This document shows, piece by piece, positions 13,247 through 27,739 of a stretch of DNA of 64,000 nucleotides. How positions within the stretch are numbered: position 1 is the stretch's first letter; each line of letters opens with the position of its first letter. The DNA is from Cycas panzhihuaensis (Eukaryota; Plantae; Cycadophyta), in NCBI GenBank assembly GCA_023213395.1, contig CM041465.1, positions 200,701,741 through 200,765,740 of the forward strand, written 5' to 3'. Below the pieces are notes generated by a model. That model saw only the letters and a list, made by a program, of their open reading frames with translations, searched no databases and was not told the origin of the DNA. Made by a program: the position numbers and the translations under genes.

Positions 13247-16200
13247 CTTCAAATAGTTGGTATATAATGTTGGCATGCTCTTGGTATTTGTAACAGCATT
13301 GAGCATATATATAGGTATCTTGAAATAGCTTCAGCCAATATAAGCCCATGTGTAATATCCTTTAGCCCATGGACTGGCCTCTACAAATTCCATCATGGAA
13401 TTCATGGAGGATTTGGTTAGTTTCCTTTGGATTGGCACAGTAGAGGAGAATGCCATCGAATGATCTCTTATATAATACATCCTCTATTAGGAAGTATTAC
13501 TAGGCTAACACCCTCATATGTAGCCTAACTTTCTCACTAGCATTTGTAGGGTAATTTTGGTATGCTAAGTAACCAATTATATAACCATATCATTGGCTAT
13601 TAGCTAATGGATAGGTGTGGGTATGTTGAAGAGCTAAAATTGGTTTGTCGAGTAAGGAGTCATCAACTAGGATGCAAGTTACATTAAGGATTACTATGTC
13701 TGCTAGTTGCTTGGTGATAATCATACCCTTTTTTGACTTATAATTAATGATTTTAAGGTCATATTCCTAAAGGAGGATGGTCATTTACTTGTCTTTCTCA
13801 TTAAGTTAGACCAAGTCATAAGATGCCCTCATAGGCCTCACTGGACTATCACATGGGTGGTATTAACCAAAAGGTAGTGCCAAAGTTTTTTAACACTGTA
13901 CACCAATACCAAACATTCTTTTTCTACTAGGGGATAGTTTAATTCCACCACCATGAGGGTACGACTAATGAAGTAGATGGCTCTTTCAGTTCTAGAGTCA
14001 TATTCTTGGGCCAACATGGTGCCTATGGATTCACAATTGCTAAAGTGTAAAGTATAAAGGGGTAGTTGAATAATAGAGGAGCTAAGATGGGGGTCAAAAC
14101 AAGGGCCTTTTTGAGCTCTTGACAAGCCTCTTAGACTCTAGGGGACTAAACAAAAGAGGTCTCAATTAGTTAGAGGTTTTGCATTTATAATAAAGTTTGC
14201 CAAAAAGCACCATAGAAAACCTAAGCTCCCTAAAAATGACTTAGTTTGACATTAGGTTTTCAAGGGTAGCATCTTAAGTATTGCCCTAACCTTATTAGGG
14301 TCAACTTGGATCCCTTCTTAAGAGATGAGGAATCCTAAAAGCTTTCCAATTGTTGCCACAAAAATACCCTTGAGTAGGTTTAAGCTGACATGATACTTGC
14401 AACACCTAGTAAAGATTGTCCTCAAGTCTATAGGGTCATCAACCTTCTTATATGAGAGGCCTATAAGATTGTCCATAAAGACCTCAAGAATCTTGTTGAT
14501 GAGGACATAGAAAATGAATTGCATGACTCTTTGGTAAGTAGCCCTAGTATTCTTTAAACTAAAAGCCATTGCTTTATAGGTGAACATACCCCAAGGATCA
14601 GTGAAGGCCATTTTGTGATGGTCTTCGTGGGAGATCTAGATTTGATTGTATCTAGAGAAGCCATCCATTAGGGACATAAATTTAAATCCTATTGTATGAT
14701 CAATAAATGATAGTAGAAAATTATCTTTAGGACATGCATTGTTAATATCCCAAAAGTCAACATAAATCCTTATAGTCTCATTTTTTTTGGGAACTAGGAT
14801 GATATTAGATACCTATTTTGGGTAGTTAATTAAAGTGATTAAGTGCACATTAAGCAGTTTTACCACTTCCATTTAAACCATAGTAGATAGTTTTGGATAC
14901 AAGGGTCATTATTTTTTCCTAACTAGATGAACACCTAGGATCATGATGAGGTTATGGGTGACAATATTAGGGTCAATGCCCTTCATATTAGAGTAGTCCC
15001 ATACAAATACATCACATAACTCATGGAATAAGTTGGTATATTCCTCAACTTATTGGGGTGAGCATTCCACCCTAATTTGGATGACTCTATTAGGAGCAAG
15101 GATGATGTCCTTAGTAGGCCCCACACATAGCACATTCCCTTCCTTAAAGTGAAGGGAAGCTTGGTTAATAAGAGGCTTAGGAAGAATGGTCATCCCATGT
15201 GGTTCAACTAATAGGGAGCCGATGGCTAAACACTTCCAAAAACTAAGTTTATGGTGTCCAAAAAGAAGTCTAGGTGAAGACCCTACCAGATGCACTAATA
15301 AGGCCTCATCATTATAAAAGTAATCTATCCCATAGATAACTTTGCTATGAGGAGGATCTGAATGATGCAGAGGTGCAATTGGCTAGTAGCAATTGCATAG
15401 CCAGTCAAAGTAGTGTGGTAACTCTTCAGATAAGTTAAACCCTCATGATTGGCCTTCTCATAGGTTGCATTGGATAAGGTTGGGAGGGATTTGGATCATA
15501 AATAATTAACTCATCATGGGAGGAGACCGAATTTATCTCTCCTTCATCATAATGATCCAATGACCTTGACTCTCGTTAAAGGAAGGAGGACCTTAGGCGA
15601 GTTGGTTCCCCATGTACCTGAGCAGACTAATGATGTATGGGGCATGGGAAGAGACTAAAGATGACTCCAATGGATGGTTGCGTGGTTACCTTCCCACTCC
15701 TAATAGGACTATCCTTTGGAAAGTGGATTTAACGGATGGGAAGGGATGATATCTCCCTTTTATGTCTTCGATGTGGTAGAGTCAAGATGATCAGGATGGT
15801 GGTTATATATGATTCAAGAAGCATGATGATCCAACCACACCCTAATATATGAGGACTCCCACCTTGGGGAAGGTAGAGGAGGTTATGGTTGAGGTGCCTC
15901 CATGACATAGGGATTCGAGTTAAATGGAGGAGGCATGTCAATATGAGAGGGCTCCCCTCTCAAAATGTTGAGAAGGGAGACTTGACACAGTGGACCCTCA
16001 TAATTATCTTTTGACTCTCTATCATTAAACATGGCCAGGTAACTATAGCTTCCAATACTAATAGAAAAAAATCAAACCAAATTTAGTTGAGAAGAAGGGG
16101 CTCCTTCCCCTTCTTAAGACCCTTCATTTTCAAAGAACCTTGCGATAAATGAGTCAGATAGATTATCCTACTCTTCTTCCACCCTAAAAATGGATTGACA

Positions 16201-18497
16201 AGATTGGTGAGATGAGTAGTTGGGGGGGGTTTATGTGTAGCAACCTTAATTTACCCTTGATAGGTGAATTTAAGTTTCCTGCACCAAGAAGAATACACAT
16301 CTCTCATTTGGTCAAGCCATGGTCAACCTAACAATAGGTTGTAATCAACATTAATATCCAAAATAATGATATCAGTTTGGATAATCTTATCCTCTAGGGT
16401 TAGGGGAAGTGTTACCACCCTTAAGGGGGCCTTCTAATTTCTATCATACCCTTAGCACCTCTAAGGAACAAGCTCAAGAGATTTTATACTAGGCTTTTCA
16501 AGTATTCTTACAGGCATGGCATACACTAAAGAGCCATTGTCCATAATAATTCACTTAGAGTGAATTCAAGTGTCTCTATCATAATTATGAATGGATAATA
16601 CTAATAGAGCTATCTATCTTTTATTGAAAGGAGATCACGTAGGACAAATAAAATGATGTTTGACCTATTAGAAGAGGACATACCTAAAAAATAGATTAGG
16701 GCATTATTACAACCTAATGCCTCTAAAAGAAGAGCCCAATGGTCGAGACAACTCTTTAGAATATCCATCATGGATATTCTAGTGGATATCATGTGGAACT
16801 CCTCTATAATGGAGAAGGTCTTCCACTTTCTCATTGGTTGAGGAAGAGCCCTTCTAAAATTGTAATGCCCTAGGCATATAGATAGAGTCTTTGAGACTAT
16901 AAGAATCTTAGTTGGAGGAGCATCTATATTAGATTATTGTTGTGAGGTAGAGGCCTCACTAGCCTCTTTTATGGCTTGAGATCATATGATAAGATATACT
17001 TGGGTGGTATCAAGTAACTTAATAACCCTCTTTCCCTTATTTTTGGGTTGAGAGAATGTAGGGCATTGAGTGTTTAGTCTTAAAGGTAGAGAAGGATCGT
17101 CTAGGGCTTTGCCCTTCATTTGATAAGATGAAGAAGGATAGATTCACCTCCTATTCTTTGCTCTCCTATTTTGTGTTGACTATTCTTGTTCCTCATGGTT
17201 GGAAAATAGGTCTTAGTGGACATGCTACTCTAAATTAGGTTTAGATGTAGCTTGAGAAGGAGGATCATGAGATGGTGCAAGCTTGAGGTATTGAGTCCAA
17301 CACTGCAAATTATCATGTGAATACTCACTATGGACCCAACACCACTTCTTCTCAAAAGGGGGTCTTATCATCTTCCCTTGGAAAGACTAAGTGCTATCAA
17401 TTGTGGATGGAACAGTTTAGGCCACTTGGTGCATAGGTTTATGTGACTCTGATGGTACTTGGTTTAGTTATAATTTTAAATCTGTAATCATCCACTCAAA
17501 GGAGAAAATAGCAAAAGTGAAGGAGGTCTAAGGTCTTCTCAGTTATACCAATAGGAGGCCTGGAGGCTTATTGTTGGCCCTTTTGGTCGTGTAGGGGAGG
17601 CAGTGCCTCATAACATTGTGAATGCCTAGGAATCTTCTTGAGACCTCCATGGATATTAATTAATTCTAATTCCATGTATTTAGCTATGGTAGATTCACAT
17701 ACGGGCACCCCCATTTTAAGGACCTCCATGTGTACCTGAGGGCGTAACACAGTAATAAAAGTATCTCTCTTCAACTCTTCTAGTAATGTGTGACTTGCCA
17801 TTACACCAAAAACCCATAAGTGATTTGGGAAGAGGACTCCTCGGTAAGTGAACCAACGATAGTCCAACACTCCCCCATGACGATGAGGCTACTATAGCGT
17901 ATATCACCTGTGTTATAATTCCATTGATTGGGGGTACATGGGGACCCCTACCAGGAATGGGGCTTTGTCTAAAATATGCACGAGGTTTGAACCTTGAACC
18001 TAGGCTTTAATACCACTTGTAACTTATTATTACACCAAAAGCCCACAGGTGATTAGGGAAGATGAATCCTCAACAAGTAAACCATCCATAGTCCAACACA
18101 CCGTGGCCTTGGAATAGTGAAGAAGGTTGTGGAACTATTAGATGAAGTCATGGTTGAGTTCCTCTTGACTTTGTTTAAGCAAAAGTAGGGCTCTAACCCC
18201 ATTTTCAAAAGGTCAGTCCACATCAAAATAGTTAATGAATTCATCAACTAATTATCAAAATGTAGAAATAGAGTGGGCAAGGAGATAGTATAACCATTTA
18301 AATGCATCTCCTTAAAGGGATCTAGGGAATAGTTTCATCAAGATATGGTCATAGGCCCAATAGTTGATACATGCCATGGCAAAATCCCTAACATGATCTA
18401 TTAGGTCTTGAGAAGAAATGCCCTCAAATTTGAGTACTTTGGGAGGATGAGGTAATAAACTAGTCCTTAGAGCCTCTATGGATAGGGGGCTCAATTG
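13247..18497 (-). pseudogene. Gypsy B gag-pol pseudogene (main block)
   Basis: ORF fragments AFTDPWGMFTYKAMAFSLKN (RT), AIYFISRTL..VELNYPLVEKECLVLV (RH), LPHPPKVLKFEG...LFPRSL (gag). Confidence 0.9.
17789..18098 (-). mobile_element. TRIM (310 bp; 81-bp LTRs 17789-17869 and 18018-18098) inserted in Gypsy B gag
   Basis: TGTGAC/TGTAAC...TAGTCCAACA direct repeats. PBS rc TGGTATTAAAGCC (Met-type) at ~18003-18015. PPT rc GGGGGAG at 17870-17876. Degenerate TSD TAATG/CACCG; removing the element restores collinearity with Gypsy A gag (TCTTCAGGCAAGGTGGCCTT). Confidence 0.88.
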
Positions 18498-20804
18498 TGT
18501 TTTACCAAAACTTAGCTCTCAATTGATTTTTATTATTATTAATAAGTTTCTCACTTCATTTACTTTTGGTATGGTTAATTGAGGCTTGTTTTATATTGCA
18601 TTAGGCTATGTTTTGATAAAATATGCTATTATTCTTTGGATGATATATGTTGAATGATGATGATTATATTATTATACTTTTTTACTTACTAATGAGTGAG
18701 AACTATGGTGATAAAACCTCTCCTTTATGATCATTCTAACTCACTTTTCCTTTAAAACATTCTTTTATTTCATTCTTTTCTTTTTGGTTTTACTTTTTAA
18801 GTAGTATAGTTTTTGTTATTTTTGAGCTTGTTCTTATAGTTTTCACCCCTTTTTGGGTTGCTTTTATCATCAATTAGGTTATTTTTGTTTAAATTTTATA
18901 ATAAAAATTTAATTTTGACCTCTTTATAAGTGATTTTTACTTCCTAATTTATCATAATTTTGGTCCTACCAAAAATGTGATCGATCACATTTTATTAATG
19001 AAGTTGCATTCTTGGTTGTTAATAAAACATGATTGATAATATTTTTTACTATCATGCATGCAATTTTTTTTAATCAGCATGCCAATCTTATATGTTTCCA
19101 CCTATATTCAATGGAAACCAACTCTATTCATACCTAGAACCCTTTAAAACCCTACGGTATTCATTCATTCACATTGTGATGAGTTTGATGCTAAGATTTT
19201 CAGAGTGATTCTTCAGAAATTAAGAGATTTTGGCTCGCTATTTTAGAGATCTATCTTAGGAGAAAAGATGAAGGTAAGGGAAGAAATTTAAAATTCTATT
19301 TACTATCTTATTATTGTACGAATCTCAATTGTTGCTGCTTGTTAAGGTACTTAGTTTATTATGATTTTTTCAGCTTCAGACTTCGTATCCTTGGCAAGAT
19401 CTTATCTACTCTAGTTTCTTCTTATTTGGATACTCTTTTGATGACTTCTTATAACTAGATTTGTTCCTCTTCTTTTGTTAACTTCTAAGAAACCTTTATT
19501 TATGGTTTTCCTTAGGAAACTTAGCTGAAAGTTTAGCCCTTTGTGGGAAAGAAAGGGGTAGACTATTATGAAGAATGATCCATCTCTTCACAATAAAAAA
19601 TATCTACTGTCTCCTAATCTCCTCAATTTTCCAGGTTCCCCAAGAGATCTAATCTCATATTTTCTTCATCTTTGGCTATTGTTGGGCTTATTCTTCACAA
19701 TTTTTCTTTCTTTTTCTTGCTAGTTTTAAGGAAAAACTTGAGAAAGATTAATTATTTTAAAGGGGAATAGTAATTATGTGGCAAGAATCAGTCATTAGAA
19801 TAAACATTTTTGAAAATTATTGGTGTTATATTTCTTAAATTCATCCTTTTATACTTTTCTCTCATTTTAGAAAAGAAATTTAGGTGTTTAAATGATATAT
19901 TTTTGCTGCAATTGTCTTGAATGAGGTTTAAGGATCCCATGTTATTTTAAAACCCTATGAGTGATAGAATCTCTTTGTGATACTAGTCTATTATTTACTT
20001 GTAAGAAGATCATTTATACCTAATTGCATGTCACTTTTATGGACTGTGTATCATTCTTAGTGACTAAAAATTATTTTTCAAATCTCTCATTTTCATTTTG
20101 AGTCATTTTAAAAAAATTAAATGACATGTGAATGAGATGAAAAATTTTCTATAAACATTGCATATTATTTTATCTTTTATCAAGATGCATATAAAGTTAC
20201 ATCTCACAATAGTTAAATTTTATGCTAGTTGTACATGTTAAAAATGTGTGTTGCATTTAAAGGAGATATTTTCATCTTTCATTTTGGTGTGTTTTATTAA
20301 AAAAAAGAAAGAAAAAAGTTACATGTGTGATTAATTTTTCTTACTTGATTTAAAAAGAAGGTAGTTAGATCTTCTTGTCTCTTTATCTCTTTTTTTTATG
20401 TGCTCTCATTAGAATAAAAATAAACTAAAATCAAATAAAAAAAAAAACTTTCCATTACTTAACTCTTTTCTTTAATTTAATAAAACTCAAAAGGTTGAAA
20501 CAATAAAAGGAAATGAGTCCCTAGGAAGGACATGAGATATATTATCAACATAATCCAAACTTAAAACTCCTCTACTTGATTATGTAGGCTAGTGGATTCT
20601 AGGACCCCCCTTACATCCTAGCCTTTCGTTGCTATACTCATATCCAAATTAAATGGGACAAACAGGTGGATACTCCTTCTTAGGAGTTGACAAAGTTGGT
20701 ATTTCAATTCCCACATGCTTCTTATCTCTTGGATTAGACTTGAAATAGAGGAAACATAATGCTAGTTGAGAGGTACTTAGTCTAGGCCCAACTATAGCAT
20801 GCCA
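18498..20804 (+). repeat. 5' LTR of Gypsy C
   Basis: TGTTTTACC...CATGCCA; collinear with 38460-40762, about 80-85% identical by eye. Confidence 0.92.
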
Positions 20805-20810
20805 TCTTTC

Positions 20811-20829
20811 TAGTAACCATAATGGGGGA
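20811..20829 (+). promoter_or_regulatory. Decayed PBS of Gypsy C (tRNA-Arg type)
   Basis: TAGTAACCATAATGGGGGA just after the LTR end. Confidence 0.65.
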
Positions 20830-21037
20830 TTACCATTTATTTTCTTATTTAAAGTGATGGAAACCACTCATGCAAAGGTGATCATTGAGACTTCAAGGTC
20901 TCCTCCCTGATTTCTAACCATAACCCCCACACTCTCTCCATGAAGTTTCATCTTATTATGTTCATCCTTTGAAACATCATATGCATGATACCTATATTTA
21001 CCCTTTTAAAGATTCAATCTAATTATATAAAATACCC

Positions 21038-24000
21038 ATGGACCAAGGATATCTAGAGCCCTCTCAATTCCATAGTGATGCTTCTCTTATCAATACTTCT
21101 TTTGTATAATAAGAAGTGCTTTCACTCAAGCATACCTATCTTATTATAAGCCAGTTCTTACTAGGGTCTCTACTCTTTACATGCTTGGATATTAAGATCC
21201 TTTTTAACTAGAGACTTATACTATGATATCCTCTCCACAACATCATTAATTTGATCCATTATGTGAGGAGTATGAGTTGATACAAATTGAGCCTTTAGTT
21301 GATCCTAATACCACTCAATCACCCTTGCCTTCCCATCCTCCTTCATTGAGGCCTTATTCTCCTCCTTTAGAGGAGGTTGAAGATCATAAGTTAGTTAATT
21401 TTCAATCTCTTCCTTCACCTTCTAAGTTATAAGTTTGGACCCATTCTCCATATGTGGTACCTTCTACACATGAGGGAACCTCCACCACACCCATCCAAGA
21501 TAACCCTAGTCTTTCTCATGTCCCTATCTCTCATCAAATGGTTTTGCCTTCTTTAACCCCACAACCTATCTATTCTTATCCCATTAGAGTAGCTTCTTCT
21601 CAGCTTGTCACATCCTTAACTTAATTACCTCCCTATATTTCCCATAGACCCATATCCTAGGGTATTAGACTTCACACTTCTTCTCCTAGGGTATCTAATA
21701 TAGTCTCCTCTTCTCAACCTATTCCTCATACTTATTTTATTTATCCTCATCCTTTAATTAGATAATCTCAATCTTTGGGATTTACTAACCCTACTTCTTC
21801 ATATCATGTTCCTAGACTTGTCCCTCAGTAGATGCCTTTTCCTTCATTCAATTTTGTTCTTCCCTAATACTTTATGTCTCAAACTAATTATGTGGTTAAT
21901 CTTGTAACATGGTTTAATCCTTCATCTTCTCTTCTAGCTTATTCTTTCCTTCAATAACAACAACCTATTCCTTCTACTACCCCACACCCATCATCCTTAC
22001 CTTAACACTCTACCACACTAAGGCTAAGGAAGCCTTTTCTAGACTACATGAAGTCTCTTTTTCTATGTGAGATCCTTTTATCCCATATGCCTCCATTCCT
22101 TCCTAAGTTACATAAATTCTTAGGTGATTCTTCTCAATACATAGCCTTCTATATATAAGCATTTACACCTGCTTGTGTTGATTTCATACCATATGACTAT
22201 GTCATGATGCACTTATTTCCTAAATCGCTTTTGGGTGATGCCTTAGAGTGGTTTTGTTGCCTTCATTTTACTTCTATTCTCTCATTCTAGCAATTAGTTA
22301 ACTCTTTCATCAACTACTTTAATGTAGTGAGACCTTTTAATTCTAGCACCAAATCTCTTTTGGATATTAAACAAAATCATGATAAAACTTCCAAGGACAT
22401 TGTGAGGAGATTCTAAGACCAAGTATATGCATGTTATTCATGTTTTAATCCTAGTGTTATTTTTGATCTATTACTAATACTTTGAGACCACACATGTACC
22501 TTGAAGTACTCAAGCTTGGTCCCCAAACCTATGAAGAAGCTCTTGATTAGTGTTTATCTTTAGAAACTTATGAAAGTTAAGCAGGTATTAAAAATATTGG
22601 GAAATCTATTCCCTCTAAATAAACCATTTAAATATATAGGACTTCCCATCCTGAGTTGACTTACTATCACCTAACTTCTTTTATCAATTTGTTTGAGTGT
22701 GTGATTCACACCAAGCTATGTGTTTATGGTCCTATAGATAGTCACACTTCTCAAGAAATAAAAGTAATCCATCTTATAAAAGGAGGAAGAAACAAGCTTC
22801 TCCCATACCTTCTTCTCCTTTAAGAAGGACTAAGTGGTGTCCTTAACATCTAACAGACACCCATGATAGAAGTGAATATCGTATAGTCTAAACTATAACT
22901 CAAAATATAAATATTCAAGTAAACCATCATTCTAAGACATCCCAAAACTAAATGATTCACAAATACCCCTTACCTCAACATAAGGATAAAGGAAACAAAA
23001 ATGACAAAGGCAAGGAGAAATAGGTTCAAGATAATAAAGATATGCCTTCTTATTCAGATTCATCTGAAAAGACTACTTCTCCCTCTAATCCTTCAATAAA
23101 GCATATTAGTAGTGAAGCTCACTCACCTCTTAAAGGTAGTGTGATCAAGAGAACCATTAACATATTAGAGATTACAAAGAGCTCAAGTCCATCTAAATCA
23201 TTTGATGATTTGATTGCAAATAACCCTAACTCTTTACCTCTTGTACCTCCCTGTCGCATCAGGTTTAGATTTATTCCTTCCAATTTAAAGGATGAATCAT
23301 TTTCCTTAGTCAATGAATTGAAGACTATTCCTACTAATATTTTAGTTATTAATTTACTAAAGTATTACCCTAAGCAACGTCAGCTCTTGTTTGATGTATT
23401 AGGAGTTTCTATTATAGTTGGTTTATTTACCTCCATGCTTTATTTTGATCTAGCCACATTTCCTACTCATACCACTCATGCTCCTAATGATATACCTCCA
23501 TTCTATATTGAAATAATTAAATATGATTTAACATTAAATGTGTCATCATTAATGAGGGATCATGTATTAATATAATCCCTCTTTGACTCAATGAGGATCT
23601 AGAAATTTTAGTCCTTGACCCATTAGAGTGGATTTGTTAGGAATAAGATAAAAATTAAAATGTGCCCCTTAGTCAAGTCACTCTTCCCCTAAGTATGGAA
23701 GAAAAGATAATTTATATTAAGCTAGTCATTATTGATCTTAATTTAGAATACAACGTCCTTTCAGGTAGACCATGGATCACCCAAATGGCTATTTTTTTCT
23801 CTTCACTTTTTAGAGAGCTTTGGTTTATCCATGAAGGAGAATTAAAGATTGTAAAGCAAAAGTTAAAGCCTATTAAATAGTTGGTCCCACTTGTTGAGGA
23901 TTTCTTGGAACTTGGTGAGTCATTTAACTCTTTGGAATATTTCTTTCAATTACTATGTTTAGGGAAATACTTTGACATTGAAACTCCTTTTTCTTAGGGA

Positions 24001-27000
24001 GAAGTAAAGGGTGTTAATTTGGTAGAAATTATCATTGCTAAACTAGGTTCTTTATCTATTCCTCATCCTCAGGGCCCTACTTATCAATCTTTAGTTTCTC
24101 CTTCTCCTTCTAATAAAGAAAAAATACTACACTCAAGTATATCTTGTGAGGAAATGCCTATAAGTGAAATTACTAATTCAAATATTTTTCTCTCTACTCA
24201 TAGCCATTTCTCACAGGTTTTATGTTTGCATTCAATAATAAATACTTCAATTTCTTCTACTACGATTATTCTATTGACTAATCATGAGGTTCCTCTTTTA
24301 CATGGCATGCCTACTAATGTTACACCTCCTTTCTCTTAGTCTTCTTTTTCTGTTACATGGTTAAATAGACACAAGAGGAATATTTTACTACATAGGCATC
24401 CAAACTTAGAATCAAATAATAAGGTCATTCCTTCATGTAATATGTTTCAAAGGAATCAAAATGCCTCAAATCAAGTGTGAGAAGTAAAATTGGTTTCTAT
24501 TATTTCTTTTCCTTCTTGTTCTCATATAGATGCTCCTTCATCATCCCTTATCTTGATGTCTTTGTCTAATTAAAATTATTATTCTTACCATTGTGAATTT
24601 GAATGGACCTTTACTTTGACTTGGGAATTCATTAATAAACCCATTCCATTTTCTCAAGTCTCTTTAATCATTGAGTTTCATCCTACTTATCCAAACTTAT
24701 TGGTTGATGATTCTCCATGTTTTAAGTCATTTTCTTTATCTAATAATCTACCAAAAAACTTACTCCTCATTGATCTTTTTCACTTAGACCATTTTGAAAA
24801 TGACAAGGTGATCCTTGAGCACTTAACATGATCAACTCCTAATCTTCTCTCTAATCATCATAAGTTGGGTTTTTCAAAGACAATACAACTAGATTCACCA
24901 TTAATGGACCATTCCTAACTTTAGGAGATAGTTTCTCTTATAGAGCCTACTCCTCCTCATTTGGAAGAGGGAAAGATTATGCTCATGGAAGAAACTATAG
25001 ATGTTAACTTAGAGTTGGGGGATACCCCTAAAATTATCAAGCTTGGAGCTAATTATACTCCTTAAGAGATCTCTCAATTTAAAGATCTCTGCCATGAGTT
25101 CCATTCAATTTTCATTTGGGACTACAATGATATACACGGTCTTTATCCCCAAGTCATTAAGTACAATATCATGGTTACTCCTAGCGTTAAACCTAAACAT
25201 TAAAAATAATGACTTATTCATCCACGTCTTTTTACTGCTATCAAATAGGAAGTCGAGAAATTATTAAGAGCTAGATTCATTGAGAGTGTAGATTACGCTC
25301 AATGGGTTTCCAATATAGTTCCAATTATCTTTTAGGACATTAATGATGCATGTTTTAAAGAAAACTTTCCTCTCCCTTTTCTTAATCATATTTAGGATCA
25401 AATAATTGGTTCCAAGGTCATGTCCCTTATGGATGGATTTTCCAGATATAACCAGATTTCAATTACACCATGAGATCATCATAAGACTATTTTCACTACT
25501 CCTTAGAGTACCTTTGTTTATAAGGTTATGCCTTTTGGATTAAAGAATGCTGGAGCTACTTACCGAAGATAAATGGTTTATATTTTTCATGATCTAATCA
25601 GTAAAATTATTGTCATATACTTAGATGACATGCTTGCTCTTTCTCGTGAATGGTAAGATCATGTACATGATTTGAGAATAATCTTTGAAAGATGTAAGAA
25701 GTTTTATTTATGCTTAAATCTGTCCAAATGTGTGTTTGTAGTAACTTCAAGAAAGATATTGGGTAATATCATCTCTTACGATAGAATAAGAATAGAATGT
25801 AACAAGATAAGGGTAATCGTTGATATGCCCCCTCCCAAAAATCCCAAAATAAATCAAATCGTTTTTGGGTATACTTGGCTTTCTAAGACACTTTATTGCT
25901 AATTTTACCTTATATGCTAAACCTCTTACTAATATTTTAAAAAAAGATGTTGAATTATGATAGACTTCTGAAGTTCAAGAGTCCTTCGACAAATTAAAGC
26001 AAGCATTAATCTTAGCACTGGTGCTTGCTTCACCAAGGTTTGATAAACCTTTTATTCTATATACTTCATCTATAGAAGAATTGTTAGAAGGTATGTTGGC
26101 ATAAGAGGATGATTTTACTAAAGAACAAGTAATTTATTTCATTAACAAGACTTTAGTGGTAGTTGAGCTTCATTATCCTCTTCCTAAAAAGGAATGCCTT
26201 TCTTTAATTTTTTCCACTAAGAAATTATGGAATTACCTTTTAGGAAATAAGATCTATCTTATTGTCTAATATAATCCTATTAGATATCTACTTACTAAAA
26301 CCAATCTTACTAGATAATTAGGTAAATAGTCTTTATTATTATAAAAATTTAATTTTTAAATCATTAATAGAAAATCTTAGAAAGTCATTATCATGATAGA
26401 GATCATGGCTAATACTCCTCTTCCCAATCCTACTGATTAACCTATTAATGATGCTCTTCTAGATGAATATATCCTCCATGTCTAGACCATCCCTTTTGGT
26501 GACCCCTAGTATGGGGAGATTAAATCATACCTTCATGATCAATCTTTTCCTTCTTAATTGACATCAAAGAAGAGAAGAAAAATTCAAGCCACCACCAAGC
26601 AATATTTCTTAATCGATGGCATACTTTATAAATGTTCTTTTAATGGAATTTTGTTGAGATGCCTCTTCCCTAATGAAGCTCTTATGTCCTTAATAGAGTC
26701 CTATGAAGGAATATATGGTGGACACTTTGGTGGCCAATCTATAGCCTAATGCATTCTCTATATGGGTTATTATTGGCTCACTTTATTTAAAGATGCACGT
26801 GCCTATGTTTAAAAGTGTGAGAAATACCAATCTCATGTAGCTTTAATTCATAAACTTGCACAAGGGTTAAAATTTAGTATCTCTCCTTAGCCCTTCTCCT
26901 AGTGGGGTTTTGATCTCATTGATCAAATCTTTCCAACTTGATCTAATATCCATAAATTCATTATTACTACAACTGAATATTTCACTAAATGGAGTGTAGT

Positions 27001-27739
27001 TATTCTATTAGTTTCTGTTTCTAGGAAGGTTATTGTTATATTCATCTTTTAATATATCATTTGTAGATTTGGGGTACTAGATGTTATTATTATTGATAAT
27101 GGGTCTTCATTTTATAATCCCCATGTCAATGAGTTATACGATAAGCTTTAAATTACTCATAAACTATCTACCCCTTATCACCCTCAAGCAAATGGTAAAG
27201 TTGAGATATTAAATAAGACTTTATCTAAAACTGTCATAACTCCTTGTAGAGATAGGCATGTTTAATTGTTTCTAGTGTTATGGTCTTATAGAACTTTGAT
27301 TAGGAATGTTATAAGCATGATATTATTCTCCCTACTTTTTGGCATTGAGGCCATCCTTCCACTAGAAGTTAAGATTCCTTCTTTATGCATCTCATTAAAA
27401 GAGTTCACCAATAAAGAGTTCTAAAGAGAAGCATGTCTCTTAGAACTTGAAGAAATAGATGAAGCTCATTTACAAGCATTACAAAATAACATAGATTCTA
27501 AATCTAGGATGTAAGCTGCTCATGATAGGTAGCTTAGACCTAGGAAATTTTATATTGGCAATAAAATTTTAAAGTTAGAATACCTCCATGATAACCAACA
27601 GAAGTTTTCTCCCAAGTGGACTAGACCTTATCTAGTAATTGACAATTTGAATAATGGAGCATATTGAATCTCAATAATAGAAGGCTTGGAGATTAAAAAT
27701 CTTATAAACTCTCAACACTTGAGGAAGTTTTATGCCTAA
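21038..27739 (+). pseudogene. Gypsy C gag-pol pseudogene
   Basis: gag (HLFPKSLLGDALEWF, ~22210), PR (YNVLSGRPWI, ~23750), RT (YKVMPFGLKNAGATY, ~25520), RH (~26040-26400), INT (YGGHFGG; IDNGSSF; TPYHPQANG; ends LRKFYA* at 27739). The start codon is tentative. Confidence 0.92.
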
